NCBI RefSeq assembly: GCF_016903815.1
Contig: NZ_CP069973.1
DNA: 64,000 nt
Direction: 5' to 3' (one strand)
Origin: Escherichia coli
GTDB lineage: Bacteria; Pseudomonadota; Gammaproteobacteria; Enterobacterales; Enterobacteriaceae
The notes under the pieces are model-generated. The model was not told where the DNA came from and ran no database searches. It was given only the letters and a program-made list of their open reading frames with translations. Below are positions 22,764 to 34,460 of the stretch, piece after piece; positions within the stretch are counted from its first letter, which is position 1; every line of letters begins with the position of its first letter. The position numbers and the translations under genes are program-made.

Positions 22764-24331
22764 CGCTTATTTAACCAGTCACGAACAGAAGCCACATTTC
22801 CTGACTCAAACGGCAACGCAATCCCTCGTCGGCTGACTTCTTCTCTCAGCAGAAGTCCGCGCTCTATCTCACTGTTTACGCTATCCAGATGAAGTGAAAA
22901 ATGATTTAACGCGGCAGCATCAACAGAAAATTCCAGTGCAGTAAGTTCCACAAGATAGCGATCAAGTTCAGCATTGACTGCCTGAAAGTATTCCAGTGAC
23001 CGCTGGAATTTGTCCTTAAATTTGTCCAGAAATGCCCATACCCGCTGCATAACCTCGCTATATTCGAGATAATAATTCATCACCAGCCCGAGAATACCTG
23101 TCGTCAGCGCACCACAAAAGGCAGCAAGCTCTGAACCAAATGGAAAAATAAGGATCTGCGCCATCGCCTCATTTATCATCACCCCACCGGCAACAGCCAC
23201 ACCTGCTGCTATCAGTTTAGTGACCGCTTTGGCTAACTGCCCCGGCGATAATCCCTCCGGGTTAAATACCAGGACTTTAAAGGCCTGAACGAGGTTGTTC
23301 CACATTTCCCTGATAAGCCGGACAATCATTCTTTCCGTCGTCAGGAATATATTTAACAGCGTTGTGGTAATACCTGACAGTATCCCTCCGATGACACCAT
23401 CTTTAAAGGCAATTAAAAAAGAACTGAATTTTTCCTGTACTCGTTCCTGGCAGGCACGTAATGCTGACGTTATTTCGGACAGGCATTTGCCGGCGCAGAA
23501 TGAGTTCCGTTGCTGTCTGATAATATGCGGGATTCGTTCCCTCAGTTCGAACCAGATCTCGGCAAGAATAAGCCCCAGCATCTGTCGCGTCCCCATACGA
23601 AAACCGGAATTAAGTGAAGCACTGGCGACAGCAGTAGCAAACTTACTACTCAGGTAATAGCTCTGATTAATCGTGGTCTCGTATTTTTCCCGGGCATATT
23701 TATCAGCCCTTTCCATACGCTCAGTATCTGCATCAGCTTTTTTTCTCAGACTTATCAGACGTTTCTTTTCTTTTTCTGTCAGTGTTGCCTGAGATTCAAG
23801 CTCTGCTATCTGCCTTAACGTATCTTCTCTGTTTTTCTGCAGCGTGCAAATAAACGCATCCATTGAGTCTGCTTTCTTTGATTTATTGAGCGACTCATGA
23901 GTGAATGCCAGATTTGAAGCGTCATTTGCCAGTTCTGCACCATCCCGTTCAGCAAGAATTCTCCCCGGATCATCATGAATTTCTTTAGCGGAAATAATAT
24001 GATCCAGATTTTTTTTATCGTCTGAAGCAAACACTTCGCCTGTATATGCATCAGTAAGAGTCCCTGACTGATGTGCACGCTTTCCTTTCCGGTTCGTCGC
24101 GATGTAGTTCTCATGGCTGTGGTAATGATGAGAATCATAGTCGCCACGACCTTCATACCGCTGTCGCTCAGCCTCCGTGGCATAAATGCCATTACGCACA
24201 TTATGGATAGTGTCAACATCACCACCCTTACGATCATTTAGCAACAGAAAATCCAGCCCGAATGATGCAACCAGGCTCTTCACCATGGTCTGATGTAACT
24301 CTTCTGCCCAGTCAAATTTTTCCACATTCAT
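22760..24331 (-). CDS. hypothetical 523-aa protein, soluble His/Asp-rich N-domain plus C-terminal multi-TM region
   Basis: ORF translation; N-terminal motifs GGDVDTIHNV, DHIISAKEIHDDPGR; hydrophobic helices in C-terminal half. Confidence 0.6.
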   Translation of the reverse strand: MNVEKFDWAEELHQTMVKSLVASFGLDFLLLNDRKGGDVDTIHNVRNGIYATEAERQRYEGRGDYDSHHYHSHENYIATNRKGKRAHQSGTLTDAYTGEVFASDDKKNLDHIISAKEIHDDPGRILAERDGAELANDASNLAFTHESLNKSKKADSMDAFICTLQKNREDTLRQIAELESQATLTEKEKKRLISLRKKADADTERMERADKYAREKYETTINQSYYLSSKFATAVASASLNSGFRMGTRQMLGLILAEIWFELRERIPHIIRQQRNSFCAGKCLSEITSALRACQERVQEKFSSFLIAFKDGVIGGILSGITTTLLNIFLTTERMIVRLIREMWNNLVQAFKVLVFNPEGLSPGQLAKAVTKLIAAGVAVAGGVMINEAMAQILIFPFGSELAAFCGALTTGILGLVMNYYLEYSEVMQRVWAFLDKFKDKFQRSLEYFQAVNAELDRYLVELTALEFSVDAAALNHFSLHLDSVNSEIERGLLLREEVSRRGIALPFESGNVASVRDWLNKR

Positions 24332-24377
24332 GTTATTTCACTTCTTGTAAAGCCGGGCTTTAACGCCCGGTAAATCA

Positions 24378-25457
24378 TTAACTCCGGGATGAAAAATCAT
24401 CAAATTTCACAACCGAACTGGCCAGTACATCATCCAGCTCTTCCTTATTAATAACATTCATTCCATTATCATCCTTTTCCATTTCAATAACGTTATCTTT
24501 TATCACAGCCTCACCATTTTCCTGTTTCCGCGGTTTAAACAGTGGCGTTGTAATAATATCCGTCATAATAGCGGCCAGTGAATATCCATGGTCAATAAGC
24601 ATAATGATTTCATCTGATACATTGATATCCTGTTGTTCTGTAATAACAGAATGCATGGATTTAAGCGGCTCAAAATAGTGTTTAATAAATACAGCATGCA
24701 TTCTGTTCAGCGCAGCGAGAATTTCATCAACGTATTGATTAACTTTTGCAAAATGCTCCCGGGCCAGATTCATTTTCTTAACTGCCCGTTCAACTTTGCA
24801 GGCACACTGATGGGCATTTTCAAGAGCTTTCGTCGCGTGTCTGTCGTAAGCCCAGCCCGCAATGGCAATCAACGGTGCAGCCACTGCGGTGCCTAATACC
24901 ATTGCGCCGCCGGCCATTCCCATGCCCCCTGCCGCGAGAGAGCCCCCTCCAATTGCCGCCATCGTCGCGTTATAAGCCGCGGCACCAGAAAGCGCTGCAA
25001 TGGGTGTACCTGTGGAAGCCGCAGCAAATGCCATCACTCCGCTATACACAGCAAAACCCGCAGCAGCCCCGGAAACTCCGGCAGCTACGACCGTACTGAG
25101 ATATTCTGTTGCTGAAATGGCCAGGTTATGAATCTTATTGATGTTATGTTGCGGGACACTCAGTTTCAGGTCTTTATTGCCCTCTTTTTCCAGACGCGCC
25201 AGGAGCTCAGCAGCAATCCTGTCGAACTCACTGAAATCTTTACCAATCTCAAGCTCTTTATTTCCGAGCGTTGTTAATTTTGATGATGTCTGAGCTTCAG
25301 CCTGCTCAAATTTTCCTTTATGCTCCTCGTAACGCTCTTTTGCTTTTTCGAGCACATCCTCTGCTTCTGACTTTTTTTGATATCCATCGTAAGCTTTTTT
25401 TCCGCCGAATGCCGCAGCGCCGGCAGCCACACCCAAAATAATGAAAGGTAACGCCAT
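24378..25457 (-). CDS. hypothetical membrane protein with Gly/Ala-rich glycine-zipper-like TM segment
   Basis: N-terminal TM MALPFIILGVAAGAAAF, coiled-coil-like charged region, Gly/Ala-rich stretch; AGGAGG RBS. Confidence 0.6.
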   Translation of the reverse strand: MALPFIILGVAAGAAAFGGKKAYDGYQKKSEAEDVLEKAKERYEEHKGKFEQAEAQTSSKLTTLGNKELEIGKDFSEFDRIAAELLARLEKEGNKDLKLSVPQHNINKIHNLAISATEYLSTVVAAGVSGAAAGFAVYSGVMAFAAASTGTPIAALSGAAAYNATMAAIGGGSLAAGGMGMAGGAMVLGTAVAAPLIAIAGWAYDRHATKALENAHQCACKVERAVKKMNLAREHFAKVNQYVDEILAALNRMHAVFIKHYFEPLKSMHSVITEQQDINVSDEIIMLIDHGYSLAAIMTDIITTPLFKPRKQENGEAVIKDNVIEMEKDDNGMNVINKEELDDVLASSVVKFDDFSSRS

Positions 25458-25495
25458 TCTTTTCCTCCTGTACAGGTTGCTTTATCATCAGTCAA

Positions 25496-25509
25496 CTGAA
25501 ATATTTCAG
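25496..25509. promoter_or_regulatory. 14-bp perfect palindrome CTGAAATATTTCAG between regulator and downstream gene
   Basis: Seen directly; overlaps regulator stop codon, about 40 bp upstream of next start. Confidence 0.3.
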
Positions 25510-26402
25510 GAAACATTCTCAGCGGTGAGGTATTTTCCTAACATTGTTAACACGGCTTCTTTCAACCATACTGGTTCAATAATTTCAACATTCGGTAGCC
25601 AGTATAAAATCAACGGGATAATTTGATTTTTATGTGCAGCCTTGCATGACAGCGTAATGCCATTATCATGTCTGTGTAGCAATTGCTGGTAAGGAAGTAA
25701 GTCCCGTCGCAAAAAATAATGGGCGATATTACTGTGAATGAACAACACTACATCAAATGTTTTGTCGCTCACCCACGGGTCACATGACTCACTTATCAGT
25801 GACTGTATTTCCTCACTCTTTGCAAACTTTTCTTTTTTTATATCCAGCCATTTTATTTTAGCTAATGAAAACGACTTTAACTTGTTCTCTTCAGTAGCCA
25901 GCAAATACCATATACTTCTCTGATTAGTTAATTTATAGGGATGAACGATTCTGGTCTTACCGGCATATGCAATCTGACAAATATTACTGTTGCGGATCGC
26001 TTTTTCAAGAACATCAAGATATTTTCTTAAATCATCCCTGATAGTGTGCTCAGGGTTATGAAACTGAACACGAATATGCTTTTCGGTTGCCCTGTTTTCT
26101 AATTTCTGCCAGAAACCTTCATCCCGTTCAGGAAAAATCGCATCAGTATCCAGTAACCTGGCCAGAGATTTGTGCAGTGATCCTTTGCTCTGGTTTCCTG
26201 CTCTTGCTGAAATAAGCCGGTATTTTCCATCGCCACAGGCTTCAATAAAGGGAGAAAGCATATTCAGATCACGATATGCTGTTCGCTCAGTGATGTTGTA
26301 TTTTTTCATCAAATTATGACGACTGACCACGCCATAATTCTGTAATTCAACAAGGATATCAATCAAACGCTCCGCTGAGCGATTTCTCGTTGAGTCAGCC
26401 AT
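25506..26402 (-). CDS. WYL-domain transcriptional regulator (HTH-WYL-WCX type)
   Basis: N-terminal HTH-like segment, WYL signature RSIWYLLATEENKLKSFSLAKI. Confidence 0.75.
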   Translation of the reverse strand: MADSTRNRSAERLIDILVELQNYGVVSRHNLMKKYNITERTAYRDLNMLSPFIEACGDGKYRLISARAGNQSKGSLHKSLARLLDTDAIFPERDEGFWQKLENRATEKHIRVQFHNPEHTIRDDLRKYLDVLEKAIRNSNICQIAYAGKTRIVHPYKLTNQRSIWYLLATEENKLKSFSLAKIKWLDIKKEKFAKSEEIQSLISESCDPWVSDKTFDVVLFIHSNIAHYFLRRDLLPYQQLLHRHDNGITLSCKAAHKNQIIPLILYWLPNVEIIEPVWLKEAVLTMLGKYLTAENVS

Positions 26403-26455
26403 AAATCACTGCACCTGTAGTATTACTCTTGTGTAAGTGAATTATATAAATACTC

Positions 26456-26472
26456 CTGACATCATTTGTCAG
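26456..26472. promoter_or_regulatory. inverted repeat CTGACAtcattTGTCAG upstream of WYL regulator
   Basis: Seen directly, about 55 bp upstream of regulator start; half-site resembles the 25496 palindrome. Confidence 0.3.
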
Positions 26473-26821
26473 TTCCACAAAACTACGCCCTCCGGCAACA
26501 GATTTTTATTTGATTATGTTCAAACTTTAAACCAGATGTCCGGGAGCCTCCTTCGTAATACGGTTTATTGTTTCCGGAAGGGCTGATATGACAAAAAACA
26601 ACGTGTCCCAACAACAGTCCTTTTTCATTTAACAGACTGACAACCATACTGCGCGCTACCTGCCCCCTGTAAAAAATCAACGAGAGTAATATTTTTGCTC
26701 TATTTATATTTCATTCATCTGAAATTATTAGTTGCCAGAGGGAGAATATCATCAGGATATCTGTTATTGATTTGTCATACCTGCACTTTACTGTGCTCCA
26801 AAGCGCAGGCAGAAATGGCCA

Positions 26822-27559
26822 TCAGAAGTTATATGTTGCACCTAACATAAACTCATTACTTCTGACATCAACAGAGGATTTATATTTAGCGCCATCCTCA
26901 TCTTTATAAGTCAGAGTGGAATCCCCTGCATCCAGATACCGGTAACTGAGGTCAAGGCTGAAATCCTGCGTCACATCGTATTTAACACCGACACCAAGGC
27001 TCCATGCCAGGTTATTTTCGTATTTTGACGCTGAAGCTGAATATACTTCACTGCCTGCCGGACTGTTATCGGTATATATGTACGAAGTTTTATGATGAAC
27101 CCGAGCATAACCCAGACCAGCAGATATCCATGGCGTGAATGCACTGCTGTTTCTGAAATCATAATACGCATTCAGCATCAGCGTGTTTACACTGAGCTTG
27201 TTCTGTGCATCATCAAACTCGGCACCACCGACACTTTCCCAATAACTCAGACGATATTTTGATTCAGCGTTACCGCGGCCATAAAACTCCACTTCAGTAC
27301 GCACCGGCACATTGTAGTGCTGATAAAAATCGTATCCCACCGCAAGGCCTGCGCCAAAAACCGTATCACTTTTGTCACCGCCTTTATATTTATCCGCCCA
27401 TGCCCCTTCACCATCAACGAAACGTTGCTCTGAAAGTGACATAACAGAAGCACCTGCTTTACCGGTCACATAAAAGCCTGTTTTGCTCTCATCAGCCAGA
27501 GTCTGGGCCGAAAACATGCCTGCCATTGCAAGCGCTGAAACCGCAATAACCTTTTTCAT
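26822..27559 (-). CDS. outer membrane beta-barrel protein (Tia/Hek/Hra-like adhesin-invasin family)
   Basis: Signal peptide MKKVIAVSALAMAGMFSAQTLA, alternating aromatic beta-strand pattern, C-terminal ...LGATYNF. Confidence 0.7.
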   Translation of the reverse strand: MKKVIAVSALAMAGMFSAQTLADESKTGFYVTGKAGASVMSLSEQRFVDGEGAWADKYKGGDKSDTVFGAGLAVGYDFYQHYNVPVRTEVEFYGRGNAESKYRLSYWESVGGAEFDDAQNKLSVNTLMLNAYYDFRNSSAFTPWISAGLGYARVHHKTSYIYTDNSPAGSEVYSASASKYENNLAWSLGVGVKYDVTQDFSLDLSYRYLDAGDSTLTYKDEDGAKYKSSVDVRSNEFMLGATYNF

Positions 27560-27877
27560 TTCAATCATCTCCGTTGGTTCTTGCCCTACCCGACAAAGAG
27601 GGTTGCCTATTTTAAAACCATGCAAAAGACAGGGTAAAATGGTTACAACCGATCGATGTGATCATATCGATCGGTAAAATCGATCGATATTGGTGAGGGT
27701 TTTCGTTTCGAATCAACAAAATGGTAATGATGGGGCCCGGACTGAAATGCTGTGTCCCAGAAGCCCGGAAGGTTTGCATTACAACTGCACCACAGTACAA
27801 AATGTCAGACACAGTAAAAAAGACTGGGTAATCAACCCACCAGAGAAAACACGTTTATTGCAAAAGAGAGGGGAATT

Positions 27878-28351
27878 ATGTGCAAACTGACTAAAGAAGA
27901 AGAATACAGCATCATCAGTCGGACAATGACGAATATTCGTTCACTACGCACGTATGTACGCGAACTTGATTTTGAGCAATTACTCGACATGCAGGAAAAG
28001 CTCAACACTGTTATTGAAGAACGCCGTGAAGATGCTGAACGAAAAGCGGCTGAACGTAAGGAACTGGAAACTAAATGTCAACAGGTATTTGAGTACATCG
28101 TTTCTGTGGGGCTTGACCCGGAAGAATGGCAGGGTCCAGTTTCTGCTATTGCAGGGACAACGGAAACCAAACGAAAACCCAAAGGCGGTGTGAGAAAAGC
28201 GAAATATATCTTTGAGGATGAGAACGGCGAAACCAGGACGTGGTCTGGTAACGGTAAAATGCCACTTGCTTTGCGGAAACAGGTTAATGGAGATTGTACC
28301 CTGGAAACTTTCCTCATTGAAAAACCCAATCAACATGAACAAAGTGAATAA
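27878..28351 (+). CDS. H-NS family nucleoid protein paralog
   Basis: Translation aligns by eye with H-NS (NIRSLRTYVRELDFEQLLDM...; AKYIFEDENGETRTWSGNGKMP). Confidence 0.8.
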   Translation: MCKLTKEEEYSIISRTMTNIRSLRTYVRELDFEQLLDMQEKLNTVIEERREDAERKAAERKELETKCQQVFEYIVSVGLDPEEWQGPVSAIAGTTETKRKPKGGVRKAKYIFEDENGETRTWSGNGKMPLALRKQVNGDCTLETFLIEKPNQHEQSE

Positions 28352-28902
28352 AGTTTTCATGTAGCAAAGGTAGCCAACTCAAATTACGGCACAATGATTA
28401 CAGTTCTGTTCCCCCTGCCAGAACTATTACTTTCAGGGAGATTTACCTTCGATAGATGAGCGACTCCTGTCGTCAGATATTATCATTCAGTCCGAAAACC
28501 CGCAGCCGGGCATGAGAAAACTGACGACAGGAAATGAGCCAGAGCAGCAACCACGCGGGCTGACAGCGGGTCAGAACTTGAATCAATCCGGAGCCATTTC
28601 CGGGACAGGATTTCATCACCTGCCACCAATCCCGTGTCAGTAATTCGCAGCCAGCGGCCAGACGCGATCACCCGACTCAGTACTTCAGAGCCAGCCTTCG
28701 GTACCTAGCAGGCGATTGCCCCTGCGCAACAAAATAAATCAACCATCGTCAAACTGCGATCGTTCGTATGCACCATTCGTAACACCGGGGGCTGATACGC
28801 CCGAAAAATGCGTCAATATGAGTTCATCAGAACGATACAATTGTCGTGGGAAAGACTGATCATTTGTCACCTAATACTCAGCTACATAAGATAATTAATA
28901 AA

Positions 28903-29910
28903 TTATCTATAGCGTTTTTGTAAACTGGCAGGAAGATAACGCTGTAATGGGGATGGCGTTTCACCTTCAATCAGTTGCGAAATAAGCTCAAAGCAGTGAA
29001 AAGCAAGTTGGCGATTATCCTGTTGTATTGTGTCGATTCTTACCGAAAGTGAATCATACAAATAATGATCATCAAAACTCGCCAGGTGGATTGTACTGTC
29101 GAGTAAATTATATTGGCTCATATAGCGCAGAACGCCTTCCAGTAATCCACAAGCGGCAGTGAATAAGGCTTTAGGAGGACGTCCTAAACGAGCGCATAGC
29201 GCGGCAAACATTTCATAGCCTGAGCTCGGATGATAATTACCGTGAATAATCCATTCAGGTTGTAGCGTTACTCCGGCTTGCTGCAAGCCTTGTGTAAATC
29301 CTTCCAGTCGATCGCGAGTCGGTGACAAACGGGGTTGTCCCCCCAGAAAATAGAATTCATCCGGGTGACTCCGTGCAATATCTGCCACCAGAGCGGCGGT
29401 GGGAGAAACAGAGTCAGTAATGACCAATGGCAATGTGCTGCCGTTCATGTGGCGATCGAACAACACAACAGGTAATTGCTCGCTAAGTTTTTGATAGTCA
29501 TTATCATGCAGCATACTGGATGCGACGATTAACCCATCAACCTGGCGGGCAATCATATTGTTCACCACCATTGTTTCCTGTGAAGGATTTTCATCAGTAC
29601 AGGATATGAGGAGTTGGACGCCCGCTTCCCGACACAATGTTTCCAGTTCATGGGAAAATACTGCAAATCCGTAGTTAGTGATTTCAGGAACGACGAGACC
29701 AATGGTATGACTGCGGTTGTCCCGTAATGAGCGGGCATGAATGCTGGGCTGATAATGCTGCTGTTGGGCAATACTCAGCACACGCTCACGCGTTTCCTGC
29801 GCAACACGTAACTCTTTGCCACGACCATTGAGAACCAGACTGGCGGTTGCTTTCGACACTCCCGCCAGTTCAGCAATGTCTTTAATAGTAACGCGTTTGG
29901 TTTTTCTCAC
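28903..29910 (-). CDS. scrR: LacI-family sucrose operon repressor
   Basis: N-terminal [26 protein letters not shown]; sugar-binding domain; position after scrB. Confidence 0.85.
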   Translation of the reverse strand: MRKTKRVTIKDIAELAGVSKATASLVLNGRGKELRVAQETRERVLSIAQQQHYQPSIHARSLRDNRSHTIGLVVPEITNYGFAVFSHELETLCREAGVQLLISCTDENPSQETMVVNNMIARQVDGLIVASSMLHDNDYQKLSEQLPVVLFDRHMNGSTLPLVITDSVSPTAALVADIARSHPDEFYFLGGQPRLSPTRDRLEGFTQGLQQAGVTLQPEWIIHGNYHPSSGYEMFAALCARLGRPPKALFTAACGLLEGVLRYMSQYNLLDSTIHLASFDDHYLYDSLSVRIDTIQQDNRQLAFHCFELISQLIEGETPSPLQRYLPASLQKRYR

Positions 29911-29935
29911 GACGAGGATCCGTAATTCAAAACCC

Positions 29936-31345
29936 TCATTCTACCATGCAGGCGCGTAGCGACCAGTAGCGTAACGTGACGTCAGACTCACCCTGTAATA
30001 TCAGCGAAGCTGGATGATGGGGAAAATAACGATTACTCATTACACCTTCACCATTATTGATGAATATCTCTACGCTGGAACTGTCACAGAGAATCTTCAG
30101 TGACGTTACGCTTCCTCGCCAGTAACGAGTTAGTTTCTCTTGCCCTGCAAGGCTTCTCCTCTGTAGTTGAATACCATCGTCATTAAGATGCAGTGCCAGC
30201 GCATTGCCAAAATTCAGATACAGCTCACCCGACGGAATGATGTCCATTTCCAGGCGTTCAATTTCGACATGCGGCGCATGATCCGCTTTTCCTTGCCAGA
30301 AGTGTTCAGCTTCACGCAGTTGCGCGAGTTCCCTGATTGGCATCTGAAACAATTTTCCCTTCTGGAATGAGAGTTCGCGAAAACAGGTCATTTGATGCTG
30401 CCAATGATGCTTTCTGGTTGGCTGCAACATCTCTTCGCCATCAGGAACCCCCATCCAGCCGACCAGCAATCGTCGCCCGTCCGGGGCTTCCATCGTCTGT
30501 GGTGCATAGAATTCAAATCCCGCATCCAGCTCTGAGAAAGCGCCATGCGTAAATTTGCCTGTCTCGTAATCAAACTGTCCATGTAGCCAGGCGCAGGGAT
30601 AAGTATTCAGATAGCGCTCATGTTCGCGCACCATTCCCTGGGGGCAACAGAGGAGAATGTATTCACCATCAAGGGCGAAAAGATCAGGACATTCCCACAT
30701 GTATCCTGCGTTATCTATTTCATTCAGACCGTTACCAGCAATTTCTCCATGAAAAGACCAGGTATTCAGATCGACAGAGGAATACAGCAGCACTTTCCCC
30801 CGTTTCTCTTTATCTTGCGCGCCAAGCACCATGTACCATTGGCTGTTGTGCTTCCAGACTTTTGGATCACGAACATGTCCGGTGTAACCATCAGGTAACG
30901 ATATGACAGGGCCTAGTTTATCAAACCCGCCCTGGTTATTTTCGGTGGCCAGACATTGCCATGCCGTTCTGCTGCCATCATCAAACTTAACATTACCGGT
31001 ATAGCAAAGTGTGAGAACGCCCTGATTATTAACCGCGCTTCCTGAGTAACAACCATTACGGTCGTACTCTTTATCGGGCATTAGCGCTAATGGTTCATGC
31101 TGCCAGTGCAATAAATCCGTCGAACTCCAGTGCCCCCAACATTTGTACTTATGATCACAAGCCAGTGGATTCCACTGATAAAACAGATGATAGCGGCCTC
31201 CAGACCAGCAAAAGCCATTTGGATCGTTCATTAGTCCGGTGACGGGAGCGAGATGCCAACAAGGATAGTGGGCATCTGCCAGTGCTTTGGACTGACCTTT
31301 CATCACTGCCTGTAAAATCGCGGGCATTTGTGAAGGCATCGACAT
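29936..31345 (-). CDS. scrB: sucrose-6-phosphate hydrolase (GH32)
   Basis: GH32 motifs [15 protein letters not shown] and WECPD. Confidence 0.85.
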   Translation of the reverse strand: MSMPSQMPAILQAVMKGQSKALADAHYPCWHLAPVTGLMNDPNGFCWSGGRYHLFYQWNPLACDHKYKCWGHWSSTDLLHWQHEPLALMPDKEYDRNGCYSGSAVNNQGVLTLCYTGNVKFDDGSRTAWQCLATENNQGGFDKLGPVISLPDGYTGHVRDPKVWKHNSQWYMVLGAQDKEKRGKVLLYSSVDLNTWSFHGEIAGNGLNEIDNAGYMWECPDLFALDGEYILLCCPQGMVREHERYLNTYPCAWLHGQFDYETGKFTHGAFSELDAGFEFYAPQTMEAPDGRRLLVGWMGVPDGEEMLQPTRKHHWQHQMTCFRELSFQKGKLFQMPIRELAQLREAEHFWQGKADHAPHVEIERLEMDIIPSGELYLNFGNALALHLNDDGIQLQRRSLAGQEKLTRYWRGSVTSLKILCDSSSVEIFINNGEGVMSNRYFPHHPASLILQGESDVTLRYWSLRACMVE

Positions 31346-32715
31346 TACTCCTCGTCCGTTTTGTATTTGAATAATAAAGAGAGGCTAAAAGCGACAGCGA
31401 AAGCAATCACCATTCCAATAATATAATTAACCAACGATGTTGGCTGAACGATTGCCATGCCGGGTATTGCGGTCAGACCAACGGCAGTCATATAAACGTG
31501 AACAGAGACAACCCAGGCACCGCCGGCAGCGCCACCAATTAAGGCCGCAATAAAAGGTTTAACAAAACGAAGGTTGATACCAAAAATAGCGGCTTCAGTA
31601 ATCCCTAACATTGCGGAAAAGGCCGAGGGTAGGGTGATTGCTTTAATTTTTGTATCTTTGGTTTTAAACCATACCGCCAGACATGCACCGCCTTGCGCAA
31701 CGTTTGCCATTGCCCAAATAGGCAGCAGGAAATTAACACCGATTGCAGGGTTACCTAAAAGTCCTGCTTCAATTGCGTGGAAGCTATGATGAATACCCGT
31801 AATAACAATCGCTGAATATAGCCCGCCGAATAACAACCCTGCTAACCAGCCTGCGTGTGCAATCAGCGTGCTGAGAACGAAAGAGATACCGTCACCTAAC
31901 GCTCGTCCTGCCGGACCAATAATCAAAAGAGCGATAAAGCCAGAAATGACGACAGTCAGAAATGGCGTCAGAATGAGATCCAGAGCATCAGGGATAAACC
32001 TGCGTAACTGTTTTTCCACTATGCTCATAAACCATACTGCCAGAAGCACGGGGAAAACCGTTCCCTGATAGCCAATCATGGCGATTTCAAAACCGAAGAA
32101 GTTCATTGTCTGAAATCCCGCAGCAACGCCCCAGGCATTTGTGAGTGCCGGGTGAGTCAGAATCCCTCCTAATGTCGCGCCAAGATAAGGATTTCCACCA
32201 AATTCACGAGCAGCAGTAAAGCCAATAAGGATGGGGAGAATAATAAATGCGGCTGAACTGCACATATCCAGCAGGATATAAATCGCATTATCGGTATTCA
32301 CCCAGCCATATGTTTTCACCATTCCCAGAAGCCCCATTAATAAACCAGAAGCAACAATGGCTGGAATGATGGGGACAAAAATATTAGAAAGTAGCCGTGC
32401 TATTCGCTGAAAAGGATTGAGTTTTTGAGCGGCGAGTCGAGCGATATCTGCTTTACTGGATTCGCTAATACCTGCAACCTGAATAAAGGCAGCATAGACT
32501 TTATTAACCACGCCGGTGCCAAAGATAATTTGCATTTGCCCTGAATTACGAAAACAACCTTTCACTCCATCAATCTGGCCAATGGCATGTTGATCGGCAA
32601 GTGTGTCGTCAACCAGTACCAGCCGTAGGCGAGTGGCGCAATGTGCTGCACTGGCGATGTTCTCCTTACCACCTAATAAAGGAAGCAACGATTGGGCGAT
32701 TTTATCGAAATCCAT
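31345..32715 (-). CDS. scrA: PTS sucrose-specific EIIBC component
   Basis: EIIB motif AHCATRLRL then multi-TM EIIC. Confidence 0.85.
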   Translation of the reverse strand: MDFDKIAQSLLPLLGGKENIASAAHCATRLRLVLVDDTLADQHAIGQIDGVKGCFRNSGQMQIIFGTGVVNKVYAAFIQVAGISESSKADIARLAAQKLNPFQRIARLLSNIFVPIIPAIVASGLLMGLLGMVKTYGWVNTDNAIYILLDMCSSAAFIILPILIGFTAAREFGGNPYLGATLGGILTHPALTNAWGVAAGFQTMNFFGFEIAMIGYQGTVFPVLLAVWFMSIVEKQLRRFIPDALDLILTPFLTVVISGFIALLIIGPAGRALGDGISFVLSTLIAHAGWLAGLLFGGLYSAIVITGIHHSFHAIEAGLLGNPAIGVNFLLPIWAMANVAQGGACLAVWFKTKDTKIKAITLPSAFSAMLGITEAAIFGINLRFVKPFIAALIGGAAGGAWVVSVHVYMTAVGLTAIPGMAIVQPTSLVNYIIGMVIAFAVAFSLSLLFKYKTDEE

Positions 32716-32775
32716 ATAACCCTCTAATTCATTGTTATTTCAGTAAAAACTTCACATCTGTGAGGTTGTCTGGTA

Positions 32776-34317
<1,542 letters not shown>

Positions 34318-34460
34318 TTATAAAAATTGCTAAAATGCTAAACCGGTTTAGGTGTTGATAATAAAGCTGACTTTTTAGCCAAAGCAATTATTTTCGCTAA
34401 ACCGATTTAGTAAATGTGACAGGCACGACAAATCGGGTTACAGATACAACAGCAGGATCA

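Noticed and set aside
26483-26680. 65-aa ORF between WYL regulator and OMP gene
   Set aside because: No RBS and no recognisable motif; lies in a probable promoter region
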